From positions 1,716,428 through 1,780,427 of the forward strand of contig CAXXLV010000002.1 of assembly GCA_963664305.2 (NCBI GenBank): DNA of 64,000 nucleotides, given 5' to 3'. Origin of the DNA: an uncultured Aliarcobacter sp. (GTDB lineage: Bacteria > Campylobacterota > Campylobacteria > Campylobacterales > Arcobacteraceae). A model generated the notes under the pieces. It did not search any database. It was given only the letters and a program-made list of their open reading frames with translations, and was not told where the DNA came from. The position numbers were made by a program, and so were the translations under genes. This document shows positions 1 through 10,526 of this stretch, piece by piece; within the stretch, counting starts at the first letter, position 1; each line of letters starts with the position of its first letter.

Positions 1-477
1 GGTCATCCTTTTAAAATAGAGCCTAAACAGATTTTTCCTTTTGCTGTTACAAACTCTTATGCAAAAAATTTCTCAAGTTTAGAGAAAAAAATGCATTTAA
101 AAATTCAAAATGGAGCAGTGGGAATTATTTCTCAACCAGTATTTGATATAGAAAATGCAAAAAAACTTTTAGAATCATTTAATATAGCAAAAGAAGGAGT
201 TGAAGGAGATAAACAAAAAGCTCAACTTATTTTTGGAATTTTCCCTGTTACAAAACTTAGAACTGCTCTATTTTTATCTGCGCAAGTTCCTGGAATTCAT
301 GTACCTCAATTTTGGATTGATGCACTTGAAGCAGCTCACAACATCTCTGAAGAAGAAGAGTACAAAGTTGGAATGCAATTAAGTCAAGATTTATTTAGAG
401 AATTAAATAAACTTCATCCAAAAATCCATCTTATGACAGCAAATAGATTTGATGTTGCAAATGAGATTATCTCTTGA
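1..477 (+). CDS. Methylenetetrahydrofolate reductase (MetF)-family protein, 5'-truncated by window edge
   Basis: Frame is open from base 1; GAVGIISQPVFD resembles the MetF ITQxxFD motif; ends with IHLMTANR (MetF-like HxxTxN). Confidence 0.65.
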   Translation, partial: GHPFKIEPKQIFPFAVTNSYAKNFSSLEKKMHLKIQNGAVGIISQPVFDIENAKKLLESFNIAKEGVEGDKQKAQLIFGIFPVTKLRTALFLSAQVPGIHVPQFWIDALEAAHNISEEEEYKVGMQLSQDLFRELNKLHPKIHLMTANRFDVANEIIS

Positions 478-854
478 GATTAGCTTCAATTGATATTGGA
501 CTAAAAAGAATAGGAGTTGCTATTTGTTTAACTTCAAATATTGTAACTCCTCAAACTGCCATTTTAAGAAAAAATAGAGACCAAGCTGCAAATGATGTAA
601 ACTCTTTTTTAAAAGAGTGGGAAATCGAAAAACTAATAGTTGGATTTCCAAGTGCAAGTCTTGATATGCAAAAAAGAATTAAACATTTTGTTTCTCTTTT
701 AGAATTACAAATCCCTTATGAATTTTGCGAAGAAAATATGAGTTCTATTGAAGCAGAAGAATTAATCAAAGGTGAAATTAAATATAAAAGAGATGGAAGA
801 GTTGATTCACTTGCTGCTAAAATCATACTAGAGCGATATTTAGCTAAAAAATAG
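474..854 (+). CDS. ruvX: Holliday junction resolvase-like / pre-16S rRNA nuclease YqgF
   Basis: SIDIGLKRIGVA N-terminus, E-x-xSS motif, VDSLAAKIILERY C-terminus; TTG start overlaps the upstream stop. Confidence 0.92.
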   Translation: MRLASIDIGLKRIGVAICLTSNIVTPQTAILRKNRDQAANDVNSFLKEWEIEKLIVGFPSASLDMQKRIKHFVSLLELQIPYEFCEENMSSIEAEELIKGEIKYKRDGRVDSLAAKIILERYLAKK

Positions 855-1205
855 TTATTTTAAAACATTAACAACAACTGCTATTGCAAAACCTGAATCA
901 TGGGTTATTGATAAATGAGATTTTTTTATACCAAAAGCTTTTCTAACCTCTTTTTTGTATTTGATTTTAGGTGCTCCTATTTCACTTTTAGAAATTTTTA
1001 TATCATGAAAACCACAAGCTGCACCAATTCCTGTACCAAGTGCTTTTGAAGCCGCTTCTTTTGCAGCCCAAAATCCAGCTGCTGTTTCAGGTTTTTTAAT
1101 CAATTCAATCTCTTTCGGATTTAAAAACTTTTCATAAGCCTTTATTCCAAACTTTTCATACATTTTTGTAATTCTTTCAACTGATGTTATATCTATTCCT
1201 ATCAT
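855..1205 (-). CDS. acpS: Holo-[acyl-carrier-protein] synthase
   Basis: MIGIDI start, AGFWAAKEAASKALGTG and HLSITHD motifs. Confidence 0.95.
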   Translation of the reverse strand: MIGIDITSVERITKMYEKFGIKAYEKFLNPKEIELIKKPETAAGFWAAKEAASKALGTGIGAACGFHDIKISKSEIGAPKIKYKKEVRKAFGIKKSHLSITHDSGFAIAVVVNVLK

Positions 1206-1234
1206 TTAAACCTATCTTTTGTATAATTTGCACC

Positions 1235-2194
1235 ATGAAACTATTTATAAAAAAGTTATTATACATTATTGTTATGTTATTTATTATTAGCCTTATTTCA
1301 TTTATTGCAATAAATGCTGCACCAAACTCTTTTTTTGCAAGTGGAGAACTAAATCCTAATATTACACCAGAATCAATTGCTGAATTAAAAGCTATTTATG
1401 GTTTAGATAAACCTTTACATATACAGTTTTTTTCTTGGGTTACTTCGATTTTACAACTTGATTTTGGAATCTCTTTTTCTAGTGGAGAAATGGTAAAAGA
1501 CGAAATATTAAGTAGAATTCCTATTACATTAATTATTAACATAGTTTCTATGATATTGATTTTTATAATATCTTTATATTTTGGAATAAAATCAGCTTTA
1601 AATAAAAACTCATTTTTTGATAAATTTACAGGCCAATTATCACTTCTAAGTTTTGCAATGCCTTCATTTTATTTGGCACTTGTTTTAGTTTTAGTTTTTG
1701 CAATTAACTTTGAGATTTTACCAATTGCAGGACTTCATAGTGTTCCAAATGATGGAAGTTTAACTTACTATTTAGATTATGCTTGGCATTTAATTCTTCC
1801 TATTTTTATCATAGTTTTTGGTGGAATTGGAAGTTTGATTTTATATATTAGAGGTTTAACTATTGAGATACTTAAGTCTGATTATATCTTTTTTGCAAAA
1901 TCTCGTGGTTTAACTCAAAAACAAATACTTAGATTTTATATCTTACCAAATCTGTATCCACCAGTAATTACTTTACTTGGTCTTTCTCTTCCTGGAATTA
2001 TTGGAGGTTCAGTGATTCTTGAAACTATATTTTCAATAGATGGAATGGGATTACTTTTTTATCAAAGTGCATTAAGTCATGATTATCCTGTAATTATGGG
2101 GATTTTAATAATTGGAGCCTTTTTGACACTAATTGGTAATATGATTGCTGATTTAGTTTTACTAAAACTAAACCCAAATTATGAAGAAAAATAA
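1235..2194 (+). CDS. Oligopeptide/dipeptide/nickel ABC transporter permease (OppB/DppB family)
   Basis: YGLDKPL..QFF..LDFGISFS, EAA-like loop DYIFFAKSRGL, IGGSVILETIFSIDGMG, DYPVIMG; ATG at 1235 chosen to avoid overlap with acpS. Confidence 0.9.
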   Translation: MKLFIKKLLYIIVMLFIISLISFIAINAAPNSFFASGELNPNITPESIAELKAIYGLDKPLHIQFFSWVTSILQLDFGISFSSGEMVKDEILSRIPITLIINIVSMILIFIISLYFGIKSALNKNSFFDKFTGQLSLLSFAMPSFYLALVLVLVFAINFEILPIAGLHSVPNDGSLTYYLDYAWHLILPIFIIVFGGIGSLILYIRGLTIEILKSDYIFFAKSRGLTQKQILRFYILPNLYPPVITLLGLSLPGIIGGSVILETIFSIDGMGLLFYQSALSHDYPVIMGILIIGAFLTLIGNMIADLVLLKLNPNYEEK

Positions 2195-2213
2195 ATTTAT
2201 TAAAGGATAGATA

Positions 2214-3032
2214 TTGCAAGTTTTAAAAACAATTGAAGAATTGCAAGAAGTTAGAAAAAATTTAACTGGTAGTGTTGGTTTTGTTCCAACAATGGGAGCT
2301 TTACATAATGGACATATTTCACTTATTAAACAAGCAAGAAGTGAAAATGATATAGTAATTGTATCTATTTTTGTAAATCCAACACAATTTTTACCAGGTG
2401 AAGATTTAGATGCATATCCTCGACGTGATGAAGCTGATAAAAAGATTTGTCAAATGTGTAAAGTTGATTATGTTTTTATGCCTGAAATTTCAACTATGTA
2501 CACAAAAGAAGAGGTTTTAGTAAAAGCTCCAAATAAAAGTTATATTTTAGAAGGAAAAACAAGACCTGGACATTTTGATGGAGTGTTACAAGTTGTTTTA
2601 AAACTATTTAATTTAACACAACCAACAAATGCTTATTTTGGGAAAAAAGATGCTCAACAATTATCACTAATACAACAAATGGTAAAAAATTTCTTTTTGC
2701 CAATAAATATTGTTCCATGTGATATTGTAAGAGAAGAAGATGGATTAGCACTTAGTTCTAGAAATGTTTATTTAGATGCAATTCAAAGAAAAGATGCCCT
2801 TTTAATTTCAAAATCACTTTATATGGCTGGTTCAATTATTTCAAAAGGTGAAAGAAGTGTTAAAGTAGTAAAAGATAAAATTTATGAAATAATGAATACT
2901 TTAGATGTTGAATATGTTGCAGTTGTAGATAGAGAATTTAATGAACTTGAAATAATTGAACCAAAAAATACAATCATTTTAGTTGTTGCAAGATTTGGAA
3001 ATACAAGATTACTTGATAATATTTGGCTTTAA
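2214..3032 (+). CDS. panC: Pantoate--beta-alanine ligase
   Basis: [13 protein letters not shown] (HIGH-like), [40 protein letters not shown]. Confidence 0.97.
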   Translation: MQVLKTIEELQEVRKNLTGSVGFVPTMGALHNGHISLIKQARSENDIVIVSIFVNPTQFLPGEDLDAYPRRDEADKKICQMCKVDYVFMPEISTMYTKEEVLVKAPNKSYILEGKTRPGHFDGVLQVVLKLFNLTQPTNAYFGKKDAQQLSLIQQMVKNFFLPINIVPCDIVREEDGLALSSRNVYLDAIQRKDALLISKSLYMAGSIISKGERSVKVVKDKIYEIMNTLDVEYVAVVDREFNELEIIEPKNTIILVVARFGNTRLLDNIWL

Positions 3033-3084
3033 CAAAAGATTATGTTAAAATCACGAAAAAAATTAAGGTAAATAAATAATATAT

Positions 3085-4419
3085 ATGAAATTTTCAACTC
3101 AAAAACCTAAAAAAACTCTACATATGGTAAGTCTTGGCTGTACAAAAAACTTAGTTGATAGTGAAGTAATGCTTGGACGGTTAAGTGAATATGAATTAAC
3201 TGATGATGCACAAAATGCTGATGTTATTATTGTTAACACATGTGGATTTATTGATAGTGCAAAACAAGAAAGTATTAATACAATTTTAAATCTACATGAT
3301 GATAGAAAAGAAGAATCTGTTTTAGTTATGGCTGGATGTTTAAGTGAAAGATATAAAGAAGAATTACAAAAAGAACTTCCAGAAATCGATGTTTTCACAG
3401 GAGTTGGTGATTATGACAAAATTGATGCACTTGTAAATGAAAAAAGAAGTAATTTTACTTCAGAAGTATTTTTAGCAAGTGATAATAATGAAAGAGTAAT
3501 CACAGGTTCTTCTTATCATGCTTATGTAAAACTAAGTGAAGGATGTAATCAAGCTTGTTCATTTTGTGCAATTCCTTCATTTAAAGGGAAACTTCACTCA
3601 AGAACTTTAGAATCTCTAGTTAAAGAAGTAAAATCATTAGTAGCAAAAGGTTATGTTGATTTCTCTTTTGTATCTCAAGATTCATCATCATTTTTAAGAG
3701 ATTTAGATGAAAAAAATGGTCTTGAACTTTTAATAGATGAAGTTGAAAAAATTGAAGGTATCAAAACAGCAAGAATTTTATACCTTTATCCATCAACAAC
3801 AACTTTGAGTTTAATAGACAAAATTGCTGATTCAAAAGTTTTTGTAAACTATTTTGATATGCCTTTACAACATATAACTCCTTCAATGTTAAAAATCATG
3901 AAAAGAGGGAAAGGTGTTGAGCAATTAAATGAATTAATGAATCATATGAAATCAAAACCAAACTCTTTTGTAAGAACAACATTTATTGCTGGGCATCCAG
4001 GAGAAACTGAAGAAGATTTTGAAACACTTTGTAACTATGTAGAAAACTTTAAATTTGATAGAGCAAATGTATTCTCATACTCTGATGAAGAAGGTACAAC
4101 AGCAGCAACAAGAAATGATAAAGTTGAACAAGAACTAATTGATGAAAGAGCTGAAGTTTTAGGAGAAATTATTTCTCAAACGACACAAGAATCACTTGAA
4201 AATGAAGTTGGAAAAACTTTTGAAGTTTATATTGATGGAGAAAGTGATGAACATGAGTATCTATTAAGTGCTAGAAAAACTATTTGGGCACCAAATATTG
4301 ATGGTGAAATTTATATCAATGACAATGAATTAGATGAACAAATTAAATTTGGACAAATCTATACTGTAAAAGTAACTGAACTTGTTGGTGATAAACTTTT
4401 AGCAACTGTAATCAAATAA
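3085..4419 (+). CDS. rimO: Ribosomal protein S12 methylthiotransferase
   Basis: SLGCTKNLVDSE, VNTCGFIDSAKQES, radical SAM CNQACSFC, C-terminal TRAM with APNIDG. Confidence 0.95.
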   Translation: MKFSTQKPKKTLHMVSLGCTKNLVDSEVMLGRLSEYELTDDAQNADVIIVNTCGFIDSAKQESINTILNLHDDRKEESVLVMAGCLSERYKEELQKELPEIDVFTGVGDYDKIDALVNEKRSNFTSEVFLASDNNERVITGSSYHAYVKLSEGCNQACSFCAIPSFKGKLHSRTLESLVKEVKSLVAKGYVDFSFVSQDSSSFLRDLDEKNGLELLIDEVEKIEGIKTARILYLYPSTTTLSLIDKIADSKVFVNYFDMPLQHITPSMLKIMKRGKGVEQLNELMNHMKSKPNSFVRTTFIAGHPGETEEDFETLCNYVENFKFDRANVFSYSDEEGTTAATRNDKVEQELIDERAEVLGEIISQTTQESLENEVGKTFEVYIDGESDEHEYLLSARKTIWAPNIDGEIYINDNELDEQIKFGQIYTVKVTELVGDKLLATVIK

Positions 4420-4421
4420 TT

Positions 4422-5402
4422 ATGAACCTAGATTTTAGTGCTGTAAAAGAGTCAAAAAACCTTCTTGCATTTTCTGCTGGTATTGACTCTACTGCACTAT
4501 TCTTTTTACTTTTAAAACAAAATATTCCCTTTGATATTGCAATTGTTAATTATAATGTAAGAGTTCAATCAAAAGATGAAGTCTCTTATACAAAAGAATT
4601 AGCTTTAAAATACAATAAAAAAATCTTTATAAAAGAAGTAAAATTAGAAGCAACTTCAAACTTTGAAAAAACTGCAAGAGAAATAAGGTACTCTTTCTTT
4701 GAAGAGATTATCACTCAAAATTCCTATGATACTTTAATCACTGCTCATCAATTAAATGATAAATTAGAGTGGTTTTTGATGCAATTTACAAAAGGTGCAG
4801 GATTAATTGAATTAATTGGATTTAATGAATTTGAAGAAAAAGAAAACTACAAAATCTATAAACCTCTACTAAAAATTACAAAAAATGAATTGGAAAACTT
4901 TTTAAAACTAGAAAATATAAAATACTTTATAGATAAATCTAATTTTGATGAAAAATATAAAAGAAACTATTTTCGACATAATTTCTCAGATAAATTATTA
5001 AATGAATTTAAAAATGGAATAAAAAACTCTTTTGAATATTTAGAAAATGATTTAAACTCTTTAAATATCAATCTAAATCCTATAAAAAAAATAAATGAAT
5101 TAGAAATTTTTGAAAATCAAAATGATGATAATTTAAATATAAGAATCATTGATTTATCACTGAAAAAGAGAGGTTTTTTATTAAGCTCAGCGCAAAGGCA
5201 AGAAATCTTAAAACAAAAAGAAATAACAATTTCACATAAAATTAATATTTCAATTTCAAATAATTTTATTTGGATTGCACCTTTTGAAAATCTTATAATG
5301 GATAAAAAATTTAAAGAGTTTTGTAGAATAAATAAGATACCCAAAAATATTAGAGCTTATATTTACTCTAATAATTTAGATTTAAATAAACTAGTTTTTT
5401 AA
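4422..5402 (+). CDS. tilS: tRNA(Ile)-lysidine synthase
   Basis: PP-loop AFSAGIDS, FEKTAREIRY, TAHQLND, DKSNFDEKYKRNYFRH. Confidence 0.93.
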   Translation: MNLDFSAVKESKNLLAFSAGIDSTALFFLLLKQNIPFDIAIVNYNVRVQSKDEVSYTKELALKYNKKIFIKEVKLEATSNFEKTAREIRYSFFEEIITQNSYDTLITAHQLNDKLEWFLMQFTKGAGLIELIGFNEFEEKENYKIYKPLLKITKNELENFLKLENIKYFIDKSNFDEKYKRNYFRHNFSDKLLNEFKNGIKNSFEYLENDLNSLNINLNPIKKINELEIFENQNDDNLNIRIIDLSLKKRGFLLSSAQRQEILKQKEITISHKINISISNNFIWIAPFENLIMDKKFKEFCRINKIPKNIRAYIYSNNLDLNKLVF

Positions 5403-5660
5403 GAATTTTTTCATTTTTTGTATTTTGATTAACTCTAGTCTAGTATCTTCTTTGTGTTTTTTCAGAAAATTGATATTTTTGAAAAAAAGTTCTTCAAGTT
5501 TTTTCAAATCACTTAATTCTAAGTCAAAATCTTCTATTGAACTTTCAGTCAAATAATCTTTGTACCATCTTACTAAAGCATCTGCTTTTTCAAATGATTC
5601 AAGTGAATCAATATAAATTAATTCACTTAATGCTTTTAAAGACCTGTCTCTTCTTTCCAT
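5391..5660 (-). CDS. Hypothetical protein, possibly FliT-like flagellar chaperone
   Basis: 89-aa helical, charged ORF overlapping the end of fliS, in the position FliT usually occupies (fliD-fliS-fliT). Confidence 0.6.
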   Translation of the reverse strand: MERRDRSLKALSELIYIDSLESFEKADALVRWYKDYLTESSIEDFDLELSDLKKLEELFFKNINFLKKHKEDTRLELIKIQKMKKFLKN

Positions 5661-5992
5661 GCGTCAATCAATCCTTGAGTAACTTTCATAACTTGATTAA
5701 CAGCATTGATATTATCATCAATTCCTGCAGCAAAAAGAGTTTCAATTTGATATAAGTATAAACCATCTAAATAGTATGCAACTTCCCCACCATCAAAATC
5801 TAATACATTTCTTAATTCATCAAAAATTGCGATAGTCTTATTAATATAAGTAAATTTTTGTTCTACTTCACCATCTTCCATTGCACTTTTAACAAAAGAC
5901 AAATATTTAATTATTCCCTCATATAGTTTTAGAACTAAAACATAAGGATCATCTGATATTGCATTTTGTTGATTGTATACTTCTATTCCCAT
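5636..5992 (-). CDS. fliS: Flagellar export chaperone FliS
   Basis: LVLKLYEG, ELRNVLDFDGGEVAYYLDGLY, LIDAWKE; follows fliD. Confidence 0.93.
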   Translation of the reverse strand: MGIEVYNQQNAISDDPYVLVLKLYEGIIKYLSFVKSAMEDGEVEQKFTYINKTIAIFDELRNVLDFDGGEVAYYLDGLYLYQIETLFAAGIDDNINAVNQVMKVTQGLIDAWKEETGL

Positions 5993-6032
5993 AAATTTAA
6001 CTCCAAAATCGTTATTTTTAATAAGACAGTAT

Positions 6033-6068
6033 ATAACATATTTACTAAAATTGAAGTAAATATGTTAT
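6033..6068. promoter_or_regulatory. Perfect 14-bp inverted repeat between fliD and fliS (operator or terminator)
   Basis: ATAACATATTTACT-N8-AGTAAATATGTTAT; abuts a minus-strand TATACT -10 at 6033-6028. Confidence 0.5.
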
Positions 6069-6090
6069 TTTTTAATTCTTTTAAATAGAA

Positions 6091-7437
6091 TTAATTACCA
6101 CTTGTAGATTGTTGAATTAACATTTTTAAACCAGAGAAAGCTGTATCCATTTGTGTAATTATTGAGCTATATGTACTAAATTGTAAAGCTAACTGCTCAT
6201 ATTTTGCATCTAATGCTGCTTGAGCTTTATCTTTATCTTTATTTAATGCTGTTTCTCTATCCGTCATAGAAGTTTCATATAACTTCAAAGTTCCATCTGT
6301 AAAATTTAAATTATCAATAGTTTCTTTTAATGTTGTTCCTAAACCTTTTTTTTCTGCAGAACCTAAAAATAAATCTTTTAAACCTGCCATATCATTTTGC
6401 ACTGCTTCATTAAATTTTTTACTATCTAATGATAATAATCCATATTCATCTAACCCTAAACCATAATTAAATCCAGATTTATCATTATTTGCTCCATATG
6501 TTCCAAATAATTTTGATTTTATTTGATTTAAAGTATCTTTTAAAGCTCCTTTATCAGCTATTTTTGAATCTGGATTATATACTTCACCATCAATTGTTGC
6601 AAGTAAATCATTATAAGCTGTAATAAAACTATTCATCTGTGTTTCTAGTTGAGTTATATCTTCAACAACATTTATCGAAGAAGTCCCTTCTTTATTTGCT
6701 GTAATTTTTAATCCATCTACTGTAATACTATTTGAAGCAACATCATAAGCAACACCATCTACTGTTGCATTTAAATTTTTTGCTTCTAAAATATGATTCG
6801 TTGCATTAACTGCTGTTCCATCTGTTGTATATCCTAAAGCTTGACTCGCCGCTCCACTTATAGTTAAAGCATTATCAAGTCCAGTATCTTCACTTTTAAT
6901 TACTAATCTATACGAATCTGTTCCAACTTGTTCAACTGCTGCATTCATTCCAGATTTTGCAGTTATATCTGTTGCTAATTGTTCATACGTTTTATTTGTA
7001 GTATCAAAATCTATACCATTAATTGTCAATATACCTTGATTGATAGCCGTATCTTTTGTTGCTGCATTAACGCTTTCTGATTGATAAACATCTTTTTGAG
7101 CTAATTGAGTAACAGTTATACTTGTAAAACCTTTATTTAAAACTTTTACATCCGCTGCATCAAAAGTAGCTGAATCACCTGATGTTGTAGCTGATTTTTG
7201 ATCAAAGGCACTAACTCCACCAGAGACAAATAAATCAAAAGGTTTTATTGCATCTAGTAATGCACTTATTTTTGATTGTGTTGTTGAGAATACTTCTCTT
7301 TCAGCTGCTAAATTTGTTATTTTTGTTTCATATGGCTCAACAGTAGCTTTTCTTTCAGCTGTTTTTAGTTTTTCAATTAAATCACTATTTAAAGAAGCTG
7401 CTTGACCTGAACCTAATCCTAATATACCTTCAGCCAT
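6091..7437 (-). CDS. fliD: Flagellar filament cap protein FliD
   Basis: N-terminal LGLGSG..LIEKLKTAE, ITVTQLAQKDVYQS, SYRLVIKSEDTG, helical C-terminus. Confidence 0.92.
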   Translation of the reverse strand: MAEGILGLGSGQAASLNSDLIEKLKTAERKATVEPYETKITNLAAEREVFSTTQSKISALLDAIKPFDLFVSGGVSAFDQKSATTSGDSATFDAADVKVLNKGFTSITVTQLAQKDVYQSESVNAATKDTAINQGILTINGIDFDTTNKTYEQLATDITAKSGMNAAVEQVGTDSYRLVIKSEDTGLDNALTISGAASQALGYTTDGTAVNATNHILEAKNLNATVDGVAYDVASNSITVDGLKITANKEGTSSINVVEDITQLETQMNSFITAYNDLLATIDGEVYNPDSKIADKGALKDTLNQIKSKLFGTYGANNDKSGFNYGLGLDEYGLLSLDSKKFNEAVQNDMAGLKDLFLGSAEKKGLGTTLKETIDNLNFTDGTLKLYETSMTDRETALNKDKDKAQAALDAKYEQLALQFSTYSSIITQMDTAFSGLKMLIQQSTSGN

Positions 7438-7455
7438 GATTTATCCTTTAATATT

Positions 7456-9345
7456 TTATCTTTTCATTCCCAATAATGTTTGTATCATTTCATCTATTGC
7501 TGTAACTATTTTTGCATTTGCTGTATATGCAGCTTGAAACTTCATTAAATCAAGCATTTCATCATCTTTATCTACTTTTACAATATTGTCATAAGAACTC
7601 TTAACAGATTGCGTAATATTGTCTTGAGTTTCTAATAAAAAATTAGAATTTTCTTTATCTGCTGAAACACCTACTCTTAACTCTCTATAAAATTCAAGTA
7701 ATGAAGTATCATTGCTTGAAGTAGTTCCTTGTCCTTTACCTTCAAATGATAAATCCGTTTTCCATTGAATTGTAGCTAAATAATCTAATTCAAGTTGTTT
7801 TAAATCATTTACTGCATTTTTATTAAACTTCAATGTCATAACACTAGATCCACTAAACAAACCTAATGAATTTATAACACCTAAAGATTCATCAGTAGCC
7901 GCTTCACCATAAACATAAGTATCCGTTCCAGTTTTAATATACTTATCTGTAATATCCGCTAATGTTTGTGCAAATGCATCTAATCTATCAAAATATGTTT
8001 GAAATTTATTATTTTCAGATGTTGAAGACAAGTTATCAACTTGAGCTTTTACTATTCCTGATTTTAAATTTACTTCTCTATCATATATTCCTATAGCAAC
8101 ATCACTAATTGCTTCTTTACTTTCATCTTCATTTTTATATACAGCTTCTCTACTATCAACGATTGTAGGATCTATATTATCTCTTTTTTCAATACTTACT
8201 CTTGCATCAAATGTATTTTCAATTCCAGGGAACTTTGACTCAACTCTTAAAAAATTATCTTTAGCATCATTTGTAACTTTATTTCCATTTGGGTCAATTG
8301 AATAATCTCCATTATATGCAACAATCAAACCATTAAAATCAGGATTACTATTGATTTTATGAACTAAAGCCCTCGTAAGATTTGTATCATCAACTACTTC
8401 AGTAGTTGATGTTCCATCTCCATTCCAATCCATCGTAATTGATTCGCCTATAGTAACAGAAACTTCAAATTCATTATTTAATTTATAAGTTACAATATCA
8501 TTTAAATCAAGATTTTTAGGAGTAAAATCTTCATTATATTTTAGTGAATCATAAGTTGTAAATGTTTTTGTTGCACTATCGTAGCTAATGTGATTAAATT
8601 TATCTATCTGAGGAGTATCATCATTCATTACATTAACTGTTCTTACTATTGTATTATTACTAATTGCAACAGCATCACCAATTTTTAATTCATAAAACTC
8701 TTCATCTCTATTAACATTTATATCTACATACTTTGATAACTCTAATTCTAATTGGTCTCTTTTATCATATAAATCATTTGTTGCAACTGCATATTTAACA
8801 ATTTTATCATTGACATCACCAATTTCTTTTAAAAGTGAATTTATCTTATCAACATTAGCACTTAATTCAGTTTTTTCTGCTTCTTGCTGTTTTTTAATTG
8901 TTGAATACATATTTTGTAATGTTTCAACTAAAATTCCACCCGTATTTTTTAATTCACTTTTATAAATTTCTGAATTTGGATTTGTTCTTAAATTTTCGAC
9001 AGATTGAAAATATCTATTTAAATCAACTGAAAAACCACTATCATCAGTTTCTTTAAAAATTGACTCAACATTCCCTAACATACCAGATAGTTTGTCATAA
9101 TAATTTGATTTACTATTTTCGCTAATAACTTTGTCATACATATATTGTGATGTTACTCTATAAATACCATCAACACCTACACCACGACCTGCAAACAGTG
9201 AATCCATTTGCCCAAGTTCACTAACACCAACTACTCTTTTTTTATAGCCAGGAGTATTTTCATTAGCTATGTTGTTAGATACATTTTCCACTGCTGTCTT
9301 TGCAGCACTAAGTCCAGTATACGATACATTTAATGTACTCAACAT
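7456..9345 (-). CDS. flgK: Flagellar hook-associated protein FlgK
   Basis: NVSNNIANENTPGYKKR N-terminus; VDKDDEMLDLMKFQAAYTANAKIVTAIDEMIQTLL C-terminus. Confidence 0.95.
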   Translation of the reverse strand: MLSTLNVSYTGLSAAKTAVENVSNNIANENTPGYKKRVVGVSELGQMDSLFAGRGVGVDGIYRVTSQYMYDKVISENSKSNYYDKLSGMLGNVESIFKETDDSGFSVDLNRYFQSVENLRTNPNSEIYKSELKNTGGILVETLQNMYSTIKKQQEAEKTELSANVDKINSLLKEIGDVNDKIVKYAVATNDLYDKRDQLELELSKYVDINVNRDEEFYELKIGDAVAISNNTIVRTVNVMNDDTPQIDKFNHISYDSATKTFTTYDSLKYNEDFTPKNLDLNDIVTYKLNNEFEVSVTIGESITMDWNGDGTSTTEVVDDTNLTRALVHKINSNPDFNGLIVAYNGDYSIDPNGNKVTNDAKDNFLRVESKFPGIENTFDARVSIEKRDNIDPTIVDSREAVYKNEDESKEAISDVAIGIYDREVNLKSGIVKAQVDNLSSTSENNKFQTYFDRLDAFAQTLADITDKYIKTGTDTYVYGEAATDESLGVINSLGLFSGSSVMTLKFNKNAVNDLKQLELDYLATIQWKTDLSFEGKGQGTTSSNDTSLLEFYRELRVGVSADKENSNFLLETQDNITQSVKSSYDNIVKVDKDDEMLDLMKFQAAYTANAKIVTAIDEMIQTLLGMKR

Positions 9346-9400
9346 AGCGACTCCTTTGTATAATTTATAAAATTATTGCATTACATTTCTTAAAATTAGA

Positions 9401-10108
9401 TTAAAATGGCCAGATTGCCCTCATTAACCTTAAACCCCACGGTGTTTCCAATATTTCTGACTCTGTTCCATCTTTTTCATATAAAAGTTTTAAATTTGCA
9501 ATTTGTGAAGAGTTTATTGAATTATCAGAAGTTATATCATATGGTCTTATTACTCCACTAATAATAATATTTTGCTTTTGACCTTCAATTAACATCTCTT
9601 TCTTACCTTTAATGTAGTAATTTCCATTTTGATAAGTTTCTTCAATTATTGCAGATATTGTTGTTTCAAAAGTTTCATCAACTTGAGTTTTAACAGAACC
9701 TTTATCAGAAGATGAACTATTAGTTCCAAAATCAACACCAAGATTTCTATTTAATTTATTTGCTATTCCACCTGCAGTTGCTCCTAAAGTATTTGTACCA
9801 GTTGCAGCTAATACTCCACCACCTAAACTATTATCTCTTGTACTTGATAATTCTCTTTTATTATTACTTTTTGACGTTAAATCTTCACTAATTACAATTT
9901 GAATAATATCTCCAACTTGTAAATCTTTTTTATCAGCAAATAAAGATGTTCCTTGCATTGAATATAAAGAACCTTTGTTCTTTTTTGCTTCAGGAGCTTT
10001 TTTTGGAATTTGTATTTCTGGTTTTTCAAACTCTAATTCAGGGTCAGATGTACTACATCCAGAAAAAAGAGCAACAATAATAATTATAAAAATACTATTT
10101 TTTTTCAT
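9401..10108 (-). CDS. flgH: Flagellar L-ring lipoprotein FlgH
   Basis: Lipobox FSGC, SLFADKK..VGDIIQIVISE, SGVIRPYDI..NSINSSQIAN, ends IWPF. Confidence 0.95.
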   Translation of the reverse strand: MKKNSIFIIIIVALFSGCSTSDPELEFEKPEIQIPKKAPEAKKNKGSLYSMQGTSLFADKKDLQVGDIIQIVISEDLTSKSNNKRELSSTRDNSLGGGVLAATGTNTLGATAGGIANKLNRNLGVDFGTNSSSSDKGSVKTQVDETFETTISAIIEETYQNGNYYIKGKKEMLIEGQKQNIIISGVIRPYDITSDNSINSSQIANLKLLYEKDGTESEILETPWGLRLMRAIWPF

Positions 10109-10526
10109 TTAGCTTACTTTTTAAAATGAAATTTACATCAACAGCAATCACAATTTCATTTAATGTTCTTTTTATCAAAGCCATAACCCCATACCTAACT
10201 ACTAATGCATCCAAGTTAGTATCTGGTTCACAAACTATTACAATTTTATTTTCTATTAATTTAACATGTTTTATATGTTCTTGCCCAACTAAATCAACAG
10301 CTTTTTCTACTTCTGAAAGAATAGCTCTTTCAACATCTTTTTTTGCTTTTTCTTTTTTCTCTTCTTCTATTTTTAAAGCTTGTTTTTCTGCTAACTCTTT
10401 TTTCTGTTTTTCTTCAAATGTTTTATTCATGTGGTAATAATAGCCACCAAACATTGCTATTAATACCACCAATGATATTAATTTAATAACTTTAGATTTT
10501 CTATTTCTTTTTACAGCTACTATCAT
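10095..10526 (-). CDS. Hypothetical bitopic membrane protein in flagellar operon
   Basis: Single N-terminal TM helix, charged coiled coil, small globular C-terminus; overlaps fliL and flgH ends. Confidence 0.75.
   Translation of the reverse strand: MIVAVKRNRKSKVIKLISLVVLIAMFGGYYYHMNKTFEEKQKKELAEKQALKIEEEKKEKAKKDVERAILSEVEKAVDLVGQEHIKHVKLIENKIVIVCEPDTNLDALVVRYGVMALIKRTLNEIVIAVDVNFILKSKLNEKK

Noticed and set aside
4422..5402. Short tilS as a truncated pseudogene
   Set aside because: Catalytic motifs are intact, and short TilS forms are normal in this phylum.
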